Shown here piece after piece: positions 28,697 to 28,992 of a stretch of 28,992 nucleotides of DNA. The stretch spans positions 1 to 28,992 of the forward strand of contig JAZDJN010000105.1 of the NCBI GenBank assembly GCA_043803945.1, written 5' to 3'. Position numbers and translations under genes: made by a program. The stretch's first letter is position 1. Each line of letters begins with the position of its first letter. Below the pieces are notes generated by a model. That model was not told the origin of the DNA. It did no database searches and saw only the letters and a list, made by a program, of their open reading frames with translations. The stretch comes from a bacterium (GTDB lineage: Bacteria; Bacteroidota; Ignavibacteria; UBA10030).

Positions 28697-28868
28697 CTAG
28701 TGCTCGTCCCAAAAAATATTCTTGTGCTTCAACCCCCTCTTTAATTCTCCCCCTATGAGGGGGAGTTCATAAAAAACCTTCCCTTTATAGGGGAAGGGAG
28801 GATGGGGTTAAAGTTTAAAAATTCAATTAGGTTCGAACTACAACATTAATTATTTGGAACAGCACTAG
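28697..28868. mobile_element. MITE-like element with CTAG flanks enclosing a C/G-run hairpin doublet
   Basis: CTAG-TGCTCGTCCCAAAAAAT ... ATTATTTGGAACAGCA-CTAG. Inside, AACCCC (28731) / GGGGTT (28809) encloses hairpins CTCCCCCT-ATG-AGGGGGAG (28747-28765) and CCTTCCC-N7-GGGAAGG (28777-28797). Confidence 0.6.
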
Positions 28869-28992
28869 CCCAAGTTCGACAGTCGTATGGTCTAAAAAAA
28901 TATTTTTTGGTCATTGAGCTCTGCTTTCACTTATTATGACAGAAAAGCTCATGTAGTGAAAACCTACCCCCTTGCGGAGCCCCATGATGATG

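Noticed and set aside
28970-28992. Possible start of the next gene (GGAG then ATGATGATG)
   Set aside because: Only three codons are visible, too little to call.

Overview
All long ORFs are on the + strand and form a xylan/hemicellulose utilisation locus from an FCB-group bacterium. T9SS-type NYPNPFNP sorting domains, together with real Shine-Dalgarno sites and a sigma70-like promoter, point to Ignavibacteria/KSB1-like lineages rather than core Bacteroidota (inference). The left edge is decaying: a probable IS21-family left end (1-138) interrupts a DUF362+T9SS gene, followed by an aldo/keto reductase pseudogene with two lesions. The intact locus encodes a cytoplasmic GH3, a GPH-family MFS symporter and a non-SusC TonB-dependent transporter. 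No SusD lipoprotein follows the transporter; two uncharacterised T9SS cargo proteins do, one built from three ~260-aa repeats I cannot assign to a family. Downstream are a GH35-like/DUF5597 enzyme, two GH43s, a GH30 xylanase with an internal T9SS-like domain, a secreted CotH kinase and a SASA/CE20-like acetylesterase. Intergenic spaces hold candidate LacI-type operators, a terminator, a strong stem-loop and several nested palindromic or MITE-like elements. Family calls come from motif recognition by eye, not database searches.
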